Origin: Candidatus Sericytochromatia bacterium
GTDB taxonomy: Bacteria; Cyanobacteriota; Sericytochromatia; UBA7694
Length of the DNA: 64,000 nucleotides
Assembly: GCA_044356335.1 (NCBI GenBank)
Contig: JBIKWL010000007.1
Span: forward strand, 271 to 64,270
Reading direction: 5' to 3'
The notes beneath the pieces were generated by a model. That model saw only the letters and a program-made list of their open reading frames with translations, did no database searches and was not told the origin of the DNA. This document shows positions 46,723-56,128 of this stretch, piece after piece (position 1 is the stretch's first letter; every line of letters starts with the position of its first letter). The position numbers were made by a program, and so were the translations under genes.

Positions 46723-47538
46723 TTGAGGTCTCAGCATCTGATGTCCGACCCCCGCTCGCTCTATCTCGATTTACTCAAAAAGTCCCTGGGTAATTTTATC
46801 TATGGTGGCGATCTCGACCTGATGCTGGGCACCCCTACCTTGGATCCCCAATCGGGCAAAGTCTATAGTTTGAATTCGCCCCAAGCCGACCCCAGCAAAA
46901 AAGTGGCAGGTGGGATCTGGCCCTCGCAGGCCCATACCATGATTGGGCTGCAGCGCTTGAACAATCTCCAGTTTTGCCTCGAAACGGTGCTGAAAGAGGG
47001 AATTCCGGGTGACCTGATTGAAACGGGGGTTTGGCGAGGGGGGGCCGCTATATTGATGGCGGGTATCTTAAAGGCCCATGGCGTTACAGATCGCCAATTG
47101 TGGGTCGCAGATTCTTTTGAGGGCCTGCCTCCCCCAAATTTTAGGCGCTATCCCCGTGAGTCAGATATGGGCCTGCATTTGGTCAAACACCTGGCCGTTT
47201 CAATCGATGAAGTGCGCGCCAATTTTGAGAAATACGGCCTTTTGAGTGAACAGATCATTTTCCTCAAAGGCTGGTTCAGAGAGACGTTGCCGACCGCCCC
47301 CATTGCCTCTTTGGCCATACTGCGCCTGGATGGCGATATGTATGAATCGACGATGGATGCTCTGGTCCATTTATATCCCAAATTATCCCCAGGGGGCTTT
47401 ATCATCGTTGATGATTACAATAGCTTTCAACCCTGCAACGAAGCCCTGCACGATTACCGCAATTTGCATCAGATTCAGACTGAATTGCAGTTGATACCCA
47501 AAGGCGGGGCCTTTTGGCGCAAAGCGGCCTTGAGTTAG
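46723..47538 (+). CDS. TylF/MycF-family class I SAM-dependent O-methyltransferase
   Basis: 'GDLIETGVWRGGAAILMAG' and 'LRLDGDMYEST' are characteristic of the macrocin-O-methyltransferase family. Confidence 0.65.
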   Translation: MRSQHLMSDPRSLYLDLLKKSLGNFIYGGDLDLMLGTPTLDPQSGKVYSLNSPQADPSKKVAGGIWPSQAHTMIGLQRLNNLQFCLETVLKEGIPGDLIETGVWRGGAAILMAGILKAHGVTDRQLWVADSFEGLPPPNFRRYPRESDMGLHLVKHLAVSIDEVRANFEKYGLLSEQIIFLKGWFRETLPTAPIASLAILRLDGDMYESTMDALVHLYPKLSPGGFIIVDDYNSFQPCNEALHDYRNLHQIQTELQLIPKGGAFWRKAALS

Positions 47539-48959
47539 GTTTTGGCGGCAGCAGGCGTTTCTTTGTCTGCGCCTTTTAAGGTGCGAATGGCCTCGGTCAG
47601 CTTTTTTACCCCGATAATTTCAATCCCTTCCACTCTTTCTTTTAATGGCAAATTGGAGGTGGGTACCACGGCTCGGGTAAATCCCAATTTGCAGGCCTCG
47701 ATCAAGCGGCGTTCGAGCTGGGCGACCGAGCGGATTTCTCCTGCAAGGCCGACTTCGCCCAAAAAGACCGTTCGGCCTTCAAGGGGCAAATCGCGCACCC
47801 CCGAAACCAGGGCCATGGCCACAGCCAAATCTGCGGCGGGCTCTTCAATCGCCAGCCCGCCGACAACATTGACCAGCACATCGGATTTGGAAAGATTGAG
47901 CCCCACCCGTTTTTCGAGCACGGCCAAAATCTGGATCAGGCGTTGGTGGCCAATTCCATTGGCTGAGCGCTTGGGAAAATTGGCAAACGAGGAATAACTC
48001 AAAGCCTGGATTTCGACCAAAAGCGGACGGCTGCCCTCCATGGTCACCCCAATCGCAGAACCGCTGATCTCTGCGGTGTATTCAGACAAAAACAGAGCCG
48101 AAGGGTTTTCGACGGCTTCAAGGCCACTGCCGCGCATTTCAAAGACCCCCACTTCGTGGGTGGCCCCAAAGCGGTTTTTGATCGTGCGCAAAAGCCGAAA
48201 TGAGCGGTAGCGTTCGCCTTCAAAATACAGCACGGCATCGACCATGTGTTCGAGCACCTTGGGGCCAGCGATATCTCCATCTTTGTTGACATGGCCAATA
48301 ATCCAGATGCTGATCTGCTTTTGTTTGGCCAATTTTAAAAGCAAATTACAGGTGTTTTTGACCTGGCTGATGCCGCCTGGGGGAGACTCCAGGCGCGAAT
48401 CGTAGACGGCCTGAATTGAGTCGAGAATTGCCACTGCGGGGCGTTTTTGATCGAGTATGCCCATAATCGCCTGCATTTCGGTCTCAGCCAAGAGAAAAAA
48501 GTTTTCGGATTGTTCAAAGCCCAAGCGCTGGGCCCGCGATTTGATCTGTTGGGCTGACTCTTCCCCTGAGACATAAATCACGGGCTGACCTTGGTTTTCG
48601 GCCATGTGAAAGGCCGATTGCAACAAGAGCGTGGATTTACCAATGCCCGGCTCGCCCCCCAATAGCACCAATGAGCCGGGAACCAATCCACCACCCAGGG
48701 TGCGATCCAACTCACCCATGCCGGTTTTGAGCCGATCTTCTTCGCTGTAGACAATTTCTTGCAGTCGCAGCAACTCGACCAAATCGCCCTGGCTGTAGTG
48801 CTCAACCATGTCCATGCGGTTTTTTTTGTCTTGCACAACTTGCTCTTCCAAACTGTTCCAAGCCCCACATTCAGGGCATTTGCCCAGCCATTTGGGTGTG
48901 TCTGAGCCACAGCTATTGCAGACATAACGGGTCTTGATCTTTGTTGAACTTTTTGCCAT
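47535..48959 (-). CDS. radA: DNA repair protein RadA/Sms
   Basis: The N-terminal zinc ribbon is 'CNSCGSDTPKWLGKCPECGAWN'. 'GEPGIGKSTLLLQ' is Walker A. A Lon-like C-terminal domain follows. Confidence 0.9.
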   Translation of the reverse strand: MAKSSTKIKTRYVCNSCGSDTPKWLGKCPECGAWNSLEEQVVQDKKNRMDMVEHYSQGDLVELLRLQEIVYSEEDRLKTGMGELDRTLGGGLVPGSLVLLGGEPGIGKSTLLLQSAFHMAENQGQPVIYVSGEESAQQIKSRAQRLGFEQSENFFLLAETEMQAIMGILDQKRPAVAILDSIQAVYDSRLESPPGGISQVKNTCNLLLKLAKQKQISIWIIGHVNKDGDIAGPKVLEHMVDAVLYFEGERYRSFRLLRTIKNRFGATHEVGVFEMRGSGLEAVENPSALFLSEYTAEISGSAIGVTMEGSRPLLVEIQALSYSSFANFPKRSANGIGHQRLIQILAVLEKRVGLNLSKSDVLVNVVGGLAIEEPAADLAVAMALVSGVRDLPLEGRTVFLGEVGLAGEIRSVAQLERRLIEACKLGFTRAVVPTSNLPLKERVEGIEIIGVKKLTEAIRTLKGADKETPAAAKT

Positions 48960-48984
48960 CTTTTATCCCTGTTTTTCCGCGAAA

Positions 48985-49069
48985 TTTTCCAAGAGCTTTT
49001 TCAAGAATTTTTTCAAGAACTTTTCCAAGAACTTTTCCAAGAACTTTTCCAAGAACTTTTCCAAGAATT
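48985..49069. repeat. Tandem 12-bp direct repeats (TTTTCCAAGAAC)x~7 in the radA / K-channel divergent intergenic region
   Basis: Direct read. The units are ttttccaagagc, tttttcaagaat, tttttcaagaac, then ttttccaagaac x4. Confidence 0.85.
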
Positions 49070-49179
49070 TTTATATATGCACACATACACTTACATACAC
49101 TCTATGTTTCAGTATAACTGTTCTTGTACAGGCTCACAAGTCCCTTCCCGCATTGAAATTTTCGCGTTAAGGTAGTTAG

Positions 49180-50253
49180 ATGCAGCACAAACATGCCACC
49201 TTTCGGATTGTCTTAACTTCGCTCTGGCAAGAAGTACGTCTGCCTTTGTTTTTGCTGACGGGCACCTTCTTTGGGGGAGCATTGGGCTACCGCTTGCTCT
49301 ATCCAGAACAGTCCTGGACCCTGATTTTTTATATGACGGGAATTACCCTTGCAACTGTGGGTTACGGTGATGTCTTGGGCACTGAAAAAACACCCCTGAC
49401 GGCTGCCTATACCCTGATTTTGATGCTGGCAGGCATGTCAATGGTGGTTTATGGGCTGTCGAGTGTCACAGCTTTTATAGTCGAAGGGCGGCTCAGCCGC
49501 CTATTGATGGAAAACCGCATTCGGAGGAAAATTGCACGTATGCAAGGGCATTTTATTGTGTGTGGCGCAGGCACTTTGGGAGAACATGTCATTCGCGAAA
49601 TGCTCAATTCCCATGCAAAGGTGGTGGTGATCGATTCGGACCTCGATCATTTGAATCAGCTCAAAGAGGATTATCCGGATCTGATCGCCTTACATGGCGA
49701 TGCCACCGATGATGAAGATTTAAAAGAGGCCAATATTGACAATGCCCGTGGCCTGGTGGCGGCTCTGAGCAATGACAAAGACAATTTGTTTTTGACCCTC
49801 ACGGCCCGTCAGATCAATCCCGCACTTAAAATTGTCTCTCGGGCCGTGGATGTCAATTTGCACAACCGCCTCAAAATTGCTGGAGCTGATTATATCGTCA
49901 GCCCCAATTATATTGGCGGGATGCGTATGGCTTCAGAAATTCTTAGACCCAATGTGGTCGGTTTTCTCGACCGCATGTTGCGCGGCAAAGATCCTTCGAT
50001 TCGGGTCTCAGAGGTGGTGATCGCTCCAGACAGTCCTTACCAGGGCAAACGCATGGGAGATGTGCCGATTTATGCCCAAACGGGTTTGAATATGTTGGCA
50101 TGGTCCCCTACAGGCAAAGATGACGATATTTGTTATAATCCGGGGCCAGACACCCGCTTAGATGTGGGTGGTTTTTTGCTGTTTATTGGGAATTTTGAGC
50201 AAATTCACAAATTAGAGCATTTATTGGGGTCTCCTTCAAGTCATTTTGCTTAG
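49180..50253 (+). CDS. RCK-domain potassium channel (paralogue of 45592..46665, same length)
   Basis: 'TVGYGD' filter and RCK domain 'FIVCGAGTLG'. Confidence 0.75.
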   Translation: MQHKHATFRIVLTSLWQEVRLPLFLLTGTFFGGALGYRLLYPEQSWTLIFYMTGITLATVGYGDVLGTEKTPLTAAYTLILMLAGMSMVVYGLSSVTAFIVEGRLSRLLMENRIRRKIARMQGHFIVCGAGTLGEHVIREMLNSHAKVVVIDSDLDHLNQLKEDYPDLIALHGDATDDEDLKEANIDNARGLVAALSNDKDNLFLTLTARQINPALKIVSRAVDVNLHNRLKIAGADYIVSPNYIGGMRMASEILRPNVVGFLDRMLRGKDPSIRVSEVVIAPDSPYQGKRMGDVPIYAQTGLNMLAWSPTGKDDDICYNPGPDTRLDVGGFLLFIGNFEQIHKLEHLLGSPSSHFA

Positions 50254-50390
50254 AATCATTGTAGAGAGAAAGACTTGACCCCTGCTGAACTCAAATCATA
50301 TACTGATCATTAACGCTATTTATAAGTAAAAAATAGATTTACTCTCATCCTTTCCTCCCCATTTAAACTGAAGGGCAGGCGTGTTGCTGC

Positions 50391-52388
50391 TTGGAAATTG
50401 CTTTTTTAAAAGAACTCATTGTCATCTTGGGCCTCAGTACAGTCGTGGTGATGGTCTGCCAAAAGCTTAAAATCCCGTCAATCATGGGTTTTTTGCTGAC
50501 AGGTGTCGTGGCTGGGCCCCATGGTTTGGGTCTGGTGCATTCTGTCCACGAAGTGGAGATGATCGCAGAAATTGGCATTGTCTTTTTGCTGTTTACGATT
50601 GGGATTGAATTTTCGTTTGAACATCTTTTGTATATTCGCCGCACTGTTTTACAGGGGGGATTTTTACAAGTTGGACTGACGATTTTGGCCATCGCAGTCG
50701 GGTTTTCCCTGTTGGGCCAGCAGCCCAATGTGGGCATTTTTGCAGGCTGTCTGATTGCGCTCAGCAGCACCGCAATTGTGCTCAAATTGATGCAAACCCG
50801 GCTCGAAATGGAAAGCCCCCACGGCAAAATTGTCTTGGGGGTCTTGATTTTTCAGGATTTGGTGATTGTACCCATGATGCTGTTGACGCCACTTTTGGCA
50901 GGCAAGGCAGATAATCCGGGTCTGAGTTTGTTGATCCTGGGACTCAAGTCCGTGGCTGTAGGACTCGGGGTCTGGATCACGAGCAAATGGTTGATGCCCC
51001 GCCTGCTCTTTCAAATCGTTAAAAGCCGCAACTCTGAGCTGTTTTTGCTCAGTATTATCTCCATTTGTATGGTGATCGCCTGGCTGACTTCCAGTCTGGG
51101 TCTGTCTTTGTCTTTGGGGGCCTTTTTGGCCGGATTGATCATCTCCGAATCGGAATACAGCCACCAGGCTATGAGCAATATTTTGCCCTTTCGCGATATT
51201 TTTATCAGTTTCTTTTTTGTCTCGATTGGCATGCTTTTAAATCTGCACTTTTTTCTGAATCATCTGGGCCTGATTCTGGCCTTGGTGGCTGGGGTTCTGC
51301 TGCTGAAACTGCTGACTGGGTATATTGCCTCGGCCTCCTTGGGCTATCCCCTGCGCACCAATATTCTCAGCGCTTTGGCCCTTTGCCAAGTCGGTGAATT
51401 TGCCTTTGTGCTTTCCAAAAGTGGGGTCGAATTTGGCCTGCTTTCCCCGCAAAATTACCAGCTTTTTTTGGCGGTCTCGATTTGCACCATGGCCCTGACC
51501 CCGCCTTTGATTGCCCTGGGGCCCAAAACGTCTGAAATGGTCACCCGTTTGCCCATTCCCAAGCGCTTTACGGGCCATTTAACCCTGCCCGATCAGCCAG
51601 AAAGTGTGGCAGAGGCTGAAAGTTTGCGCAACCATTTGGTGATCATTGGCTATGGGGTCAATGGCCAAAATCTCTCGCGGGCCGCCAAAGCGGGGGGCAT
51701 ACACTATGCTGTTTTGGAAGCCAACGCCCAGACCGTCATGGCTTTTAAAGCCCAAGGGGAACCCATACATTTTGGCGATGCGGCCCAGCCCCTGATTCTC
51801 GAACAAGTCAGGCTCTCTCAGGTCCGCGTAGCGGTGATCGCCATTTCGGACCCGGATGCCACCCGCCGAATTATTGTCGCGATTCGCCAATTAAATGACC
51901 GGCTCTACTTAATTGTGCGTACCCGCTTTGTCAAAGAAATTCCCGAATTGCTCAAATTGGGGGCCGACCGGGTCGTTCCCGAAGAATTTGAAACCTCGGT
52001 TGAAATCTTTAGCTTGGTCTTGCGCAAATACTTTGTGCCAGAAGAAGAAATTCTCAACTTTGTGGAAGAAGTGCGGGCCGATAGCTATGGCATGTTGCGT
52101 GGACTCAAACGGGAAAAGGTCTCGGTCAGCGAGTTACAAGAAGAAGAGGGGATCGAAATTTTTTCGCGTCGCCTGGAAGAAGGGTCTCCTTTGGTGGGGC
52201 AGACCCTGGTGGAAAGCAATTTGCGGCAGAACTATGGCGTGACGGTTTTGGCCATTCGCCGCGATGCCCAATTGATCAGCAATTTGGACATTCATTCCCG
52301 CTTTCGCTCAGGCGATGTTCTGGTGATGATGGGACATGCCCAAATTTTGACCGACACGGCCAGTTTGTTTCGTGCCGCAGAGGTTTAA
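50391..52388 (+). CDS. CPA2-family K+/H+ antiporter with C-terminal RCK (TrkA-N/TrkA-C) domains (Kef-type)
   Basis: About 12 TM helices. A 'LVIIGYGVNGQ' Rossmann-type RCK domain follows. Confidence 0.8.
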   Translation: MEIAFLKELIVILGLSTVVVMVCQKLKIPSIMGFLLTGVVAGPHGLGLVHSVHEVEMIAEIGIVFLLFTIGIEFSFEHLLYIRRTVLQGGFLQVGLTILAIAVGFSLLGQQPNVGIFAGCLIALSSTAIVLKLMQTRLEMESPHGKIVLGVLIFQDLVIVPMMLLTPLLAGKADNPGLSLLILGLKSVAVGLGVWITSKWLMPRLLFQIVKSRNSELFLLSIISICMVIAWLTSSLGLSLSLGAFLAGLIISESEYSHQAMSNILPFRDIFISFFFVSIGMLLNLHFFLNHLGLILALVAGVLLLKLLTGYIASASLGYPLRTNILSALALCQVGEFAFVLSKSGVEFGLLSPQNYQLFLAVSICTMALTPPLIALGPKTSEMVTRLPIPKRFTGHLTLPDQPESVAEAESLRNHLVIIGYGVNGQNLSRAAKAGGIHYAVLEANAQTVMAFKAQGEPIHFGDAAQPLILEQVRLSQVRVAVIAISDPDATRRIIVAIRQLNDRLYLIVRTRFVKEIPELLKLGADRVVPEEFETSVEIFSLVLRKYFVPEEEILNFVEEVRADSYGMLRGLKREKVSVSELQEEEGIEIFSRRLEEGSPLVGQTLVESNLRQNYGVTVLAIRRDAQLISNLDIHSRFRSGDVLVMMGHAQILTDTASLFRAAEV

Positions 52389-52544
52389 GTTTTTTTTGCC
52401 GCTTACCAAAAGCATCTCAATCTGCGAGGCCCTCCATTCTAGGGACTTTCAGAAAAAAATGGTAGACTGAAACACTTCTTTCCCCACCTGCAAAATCCCG
52501 TTTTGGGTATCTATTTGGGGCAGAAATTCTAGGAGGTCAAGGCA

Positions 52545-54272
52545 TTGGATATTCTCTCGCTCATGGAAGTAATTATTGGATTTCTATGGGGGCCGTGGAC
52601 ATTCTTTGTCTTGATGGGCACAGGAATTCTCTTCACAATCTGGACAAAATTTATCCAGTTTCGCGCAGTCACCCACGGGGTGACGGTCATTCGTGGGGTC
52701 TATGACAACCCCAATGACCCTGGCGCGATTAACCACTTTCAAGCCTTGTCGGCGGCCCTGTCGGCCACCGTCGGGCTCGGCAATATCGGCGGCGTTGCCA
52801 TGGCGATTGCCTTGGGCGGTCCCGGTGCGCTGTTTTGGATGTGGGTAGTGGGATTTCTCGGCATGGCCATCAAGACAGTTGAAGTCACACTGGCGCTCAT
52901 GTACCGCAATACCGACAATCCCGACGACCCCCACGGGGGAGCCATGTGGGTGATCGACAAAACCCTCGGCAAACACGATGATTGGCGCAAAGTTGCTGGC
53001 CGGATTTTGGCCTATTTTTTCTGTTGTACCCTCTTAATTTCCACCATGACCGGTGGCAATATGTTCCAGTCTTGGAACGTGGGTGAAATTCTCAATGTCT
53101 ATTTTGGTGTGCCCCAGATTGCCACAGGCATCGTTCTGGCCATTGTCGTTGGTGCTGTCATTATTGGCGGAATCAAACGCATTGGCGATGTGGCTGAGAA
53201 AATTGTACCGCTGATGTGTGGCATGTATATTCTCTCAGGCTTGGCTGTTTTGGCGATCAATATCGACAAAATTCCTTCCATGTTTCTGCTGATCATTCAA
53301 TCTGCGTTTACACCCGTGGCCGCTGGCGGCGCTTTTGTCGGCGTTGGCATTTATACCGCTTTTGAAATGGGTCTGCAGCGGGCGCTCTTTTCAAATGAAG
53401 CGGGTCAAGGTTCGGCTCCGATTGCCCACTCCGCGGCCAAAACCGACGAGCCCTCCCGTGAAGGCGTTGTGGCGGGTCTGGAGCCCTTTATCGACACCTT
53501 GATGATCTGTACACTGACCGCTTTGGTGATTTTGTGTACGGGAACTTGGAATCGCCCTGCGATTGGCGAAATCAATGGCCCTGTGGCGATTGTTCAGGCC
53601 GAAGGCAAAGTCAAATTGGAGGCCCCGACCTCCGTTAAAGCCCTGCCCGAATTGCCCAGTTGGGAAAAATGGCAGCCCGGTTCACAGGTTTTTATTTTGG
53701 CGGAAGCACCAGATGCCAAGACCAGTGAAAAGAAACGCGTCAAAATTTATGGGGCGATCAAAGCCGGTGCCACAGCTGGTCAAGACCATATCGAATGGGG
53801 TGAAGTCCCTGCCGGTGCGGTGTTAATCAAAAAAGCCAATGGCCAGACCGATCAAAGTGTTTTCCGCAATTTTGTGGGAGCCAGTTTGACGGGGCATGCC
53901 TTTGACCGGGCCTTTCCGGGCCTGGGAAAATGGCTGGTGACCGCCGCTGCCTTGCTCTTTGCCATATCAACCCAAATCTCTTGGAGCTATTACGGCGAAC
54001 AGGGCGTGATTTTTATGTTTAAAGGCAAAGGAGTCATGGTCTATAAGTTCATCTTTTTACTAGGGACCTTGATTGCTCCTGTCATGATTAGCACCGATCG
54101 TGAGTTGGGAATATTGGCGGATTTTGGCACTGGCTGGATGCTTTGGGCCAATATCCCAATTATTCTCAGCATGGGCTATTTGGCTGTAAACGATCTCGAT
54201 GGCTATTTCAAGAAATTGAAGGCTGGCGAGTTTAAGGCCCACAAGCCGATCAATCCGTTTACCAAGCAATAA
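52545..54272 (+). CDS. Alanine/glycine:cation symporter (AGCS family)
   Basis: 'SATVGLGNIGGVAMAIALGGPGALFWMW' is the AGCS signature region. Confidence 0.8.
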   Translation: MDILSLMEVIIGFLWGPWTFFVLMGTGILFTIWTKFIQFRAVTHGVTVIRGVYDNPNDPGAINHFQALSAALSATVGLGNIGGVAMAIALGGPGALFWMWVVGFLGMAIKTVEVTLALMYRNTDNPDDPHGGAMWVIDKTLGKHDDWRKVAGRILAYFFCCTLLISTMTGGNMFQSWNVGEILNVYFGVPQIATGIVLAIVVGAVIIGGIKRIGDVAEKIVPLMCGMYILSGLAVLAINIDKIPSMFLLIIQSAFTPVAAGGAFVGVGIYTAFEMGLQRALFSNEAGQGSAPIAHSAAKTDEPSREGVVAGLEPFIDTLMICTLTALVILCTGTWNRPAIGEINGPVAIVQAEGKVKLEAPTSVKALPELPSWEKWQPGSQVFILAEAPDAKTSEKKRVKIYGAIKAGATAGQDHIEWGEVPAGAVLIKKANGQTDQSVFRNFVGASLTGHAFDRAFPGLGKWLVTAAALLFAISTQISWSYYGEQGVIFMFKGKGVMVYKFIFLLGTLIAPVMISTDRELGILADFGTGWMLWANIPIILSMGYLAVNDLDGYFKKLKAGEFKAHKPINPFTKQ

Positions 54273-54297
54273 CCTCTGCGTTATTTTAAAGAGAACT

Positions 54298-54340
54298 GGG
54301 GGCCGTTGAAATCTTCAACGGCCCCCAGGAACTTTTTTGG
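54298..54340 (+). terminator. Rho-independent terminator (GGGGGCCGTTGAA-loop-TTCAACGGCCCCC + T-tract)
   Basis: A perfect 13-bp stem followed by AGGAACTTTTTT, directly after the AGCS gene. Confidence 0.7.
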
Positions 54341-54750
54341 CTTGTGCGGGTCTAAGAATCTGAAACCCGATGACGAAAAGAGCGGGCTTCGATTATACTA
54401 AAAGCATCGCTCTACACTGGATTCAGACATCCACCTTAACGCTTTTCAGCGCACCCTGCTTCATTCTGAAATTAATCTGCTTTTAATAAAACCCCCACCC
54501 ACTTAATTTTCTGTTAATTTTTTTAAAGCTGTGACGGCAGGCTTAATCTTTTAATAAAGGTATGATATACTCCTAAGGGTAAATTGAAAGTGAAAACCCC
54601 CCAGTAATGCACGTAATTCCTAGTCTGCAGCAACATAAACAGCAAGAAACTCACCATGATAACCCTCCGGGCATGTGGTTGAAGTCACTGAGGTTGCCGC
54701 CCTTGTTACAGCATGATGGATCTATCAACAACGAAGAATGGAATGCAGAG

Positions 54751-56055
54751 ATGAATTTGGATAGACTCAAAATCAACGGCGGCGTAGCACTCAATGGCCA
54801 TGTCACCATTAACGGGGCGAAAAACTCCGCATTGGTCCTGATGGCCGCTGCGATACTCGGTAGCGAAGAAATTGTGCTCGAAAACGTGCCCCGTCTGGCT
54901 GACGTCGAAATCATGGTGGATGTTTTACGCAGTTTGGGTGCCCGTGCTCACTTCATTGAACACAATGTTTTGCTGATTGATCCCCGCCACATTGCCAATT
55001 CTGTCGCCCCTTACGATTTGGTGACTAAAATGCGCGCTTCTTTCTTCGTTTTGGGCCCTCTCGTAGGCAAATTGGGCCAAGCCAAGGTCTCTCTGCCCGG
55101 TGGCTGTGCAATTGGTTCCCGCCCCGTCGATTTACACCTCAAGGGCCTTGAAGCCATGGGCGCAGATATTGTGCTCGAACATGGCGACGTGATTGCCAAT
55201 GCCCCGCACCTGCGTGGTGCAGATATTTATCTCAACTTCCCCAGTGTGGGAGCCACAGAAAATATCATGATGGCTGCCTCTTTGGCTGATGGCACCACCA
55301 CCATTCGCAATGCCGCCCAAGAGCCCGAAATTGATGATTTGGCTCAGTTCCTGATCAGCATGGGTGCCCGTATCCAAGGGGCAGGCAGCGACACCATCGT
55401 GATCGAAGGCGTCAAAAAACTCGACAAAGCTTCGACCTACCGCGTCATGCCCGACCGCATTGAAGCAGGTACGTTTATGATTGGCGCAGCCATGACCCGC
55501 GGTGACATTATTCTCGAAAAATGCCCCACCCATTCGCTGATGGCCCTGATCAGCAAAATGCGCGAATGCGGCGTTTTCTTTGACCAAATTGACGCTCAGA
55601 CCCTGCGTGTTTGTGGCCCAGCCAAAATCCTGGCTCGCGATGCCCGCACCATGCCTCACCCCGGTTTCCCCACCGATATTCAGGCCCAGTATGCAGCCAT
55701 GATGGCCATGGCCGAAGGCACCAGTCTCTTGACCGAAACCGTCTTCGAAAACCGCTTTATGTATGTCGATGAGCTGCAGCGCATGGGTGCTCAGATTCGC
55801 ATCGAAGGCAATACTGCCATTATCAAAGGGCAGCCGATTTTGTCTGGCGCTCCTGTGATTGCCACAGATTTGCGTGCTGCTGCTGCGCTCGTACTGGCTG
55901 GCCTGGTGGCTGATGGTGAAACCCTCGTGGCCAACCTCTGCTACCTCGACCGTGGTTATGAGTCCTTTGAACAAAAATTGGCCAATCTCGGCGCCCGCAT
56001 CTGCAGGATTGCGGTTAAAGCTGAAAAAAAGGAAGAAGTGCTGCTGACGATGTAA
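54751..56055 (+). CDS. murA: UDP-N-acetylglucosamine 1-carboxyvinyltransferase
   Basis: Start chosen at MNLDRLKINGG. 'HVTINGAKNSALVLMAAAIL' matches the MurA N-terminus. The ORF-track extension to 54607 is probably a non-coding leader. Confidence 0.9.
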   Translation: MNLDRLKINGGVALNGHVTINGAKNSALVLMAAAILGSEEIVLENVPRLADVEIMVDVLRSLGARAHFIEHNVLLIDPRHIANSVAPYDLVTKMRASFFVLGPLVGKLGQAKVSLPGGCAIGSRPVDLHLKGLEAMGADIVLEHGDVIANAPHLRGADIYLNFPSVGATENIMMAASLADGTTTIRNAAQEPEIDDLAQFLISMGARIQGAGSDTIVIEGVKKLDKASTYRVMPDRIEAGTFMIGAAMTRGDIILEKCPTHSLMALISKMRECGVFFDQIDAQTLRVCGPAKILARDARTMPHPGFPTDIQAQYAAMMAMAEGTSLLTETVFENRFMYVDELQRMGAQIRIEGNTAIIKGQPILSGAPVIATDLRAAAALVLAGLVADGETLVANLCYLDRGYESFEQKLANLGARICRIAVKAEKKEEVLLTM

Positions 56056-56091
56056 AACCCGTCTGAAGCAGAAACCGCCTTTTAGGTTTTC

Positions 56092-56123
56092 GGGCCCGGC
56101 AATCAAGCCGGGCCTGTTTGTTT
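56092..56123. terminator. Bidirectional rho-independent terminator (GGGCCCGGC-AATCAA-GCCGGGCC + TGTTTGTTT)
   Basis: Hairpin between the convergent murA and DUF2156 genes. Confidence 0.65.
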
Positions 56124-56128
56124 GGTCC

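Noticed and set aside
25856-49069. Possibility that the short tandem repeats are CRISPR arrays
   Set aside because: The units are 12-15 bp with no unique spacers between them. CRISPR repeats are 24-48 bp separated by unique spacers of similar length. No cas genes are present.
48934-49170. 78-aa ORF 'FSKSFFKNFFKNFSKNFSKN...'
   Set aside because: It is simply the translation of the 12-bp intergenic tandem repeat. There is no RBS, and its periodic composition is a repeat artefact.
54607-54750. N-terminal 48-aa extension of the murA ORF
   Set aside because: The extension has no similarity to MurA N-termini, which begin near 'M..LKI.GG..L.G'. A Met at 54751 gives a canonical start, and the upstream part is AT-rich leader.
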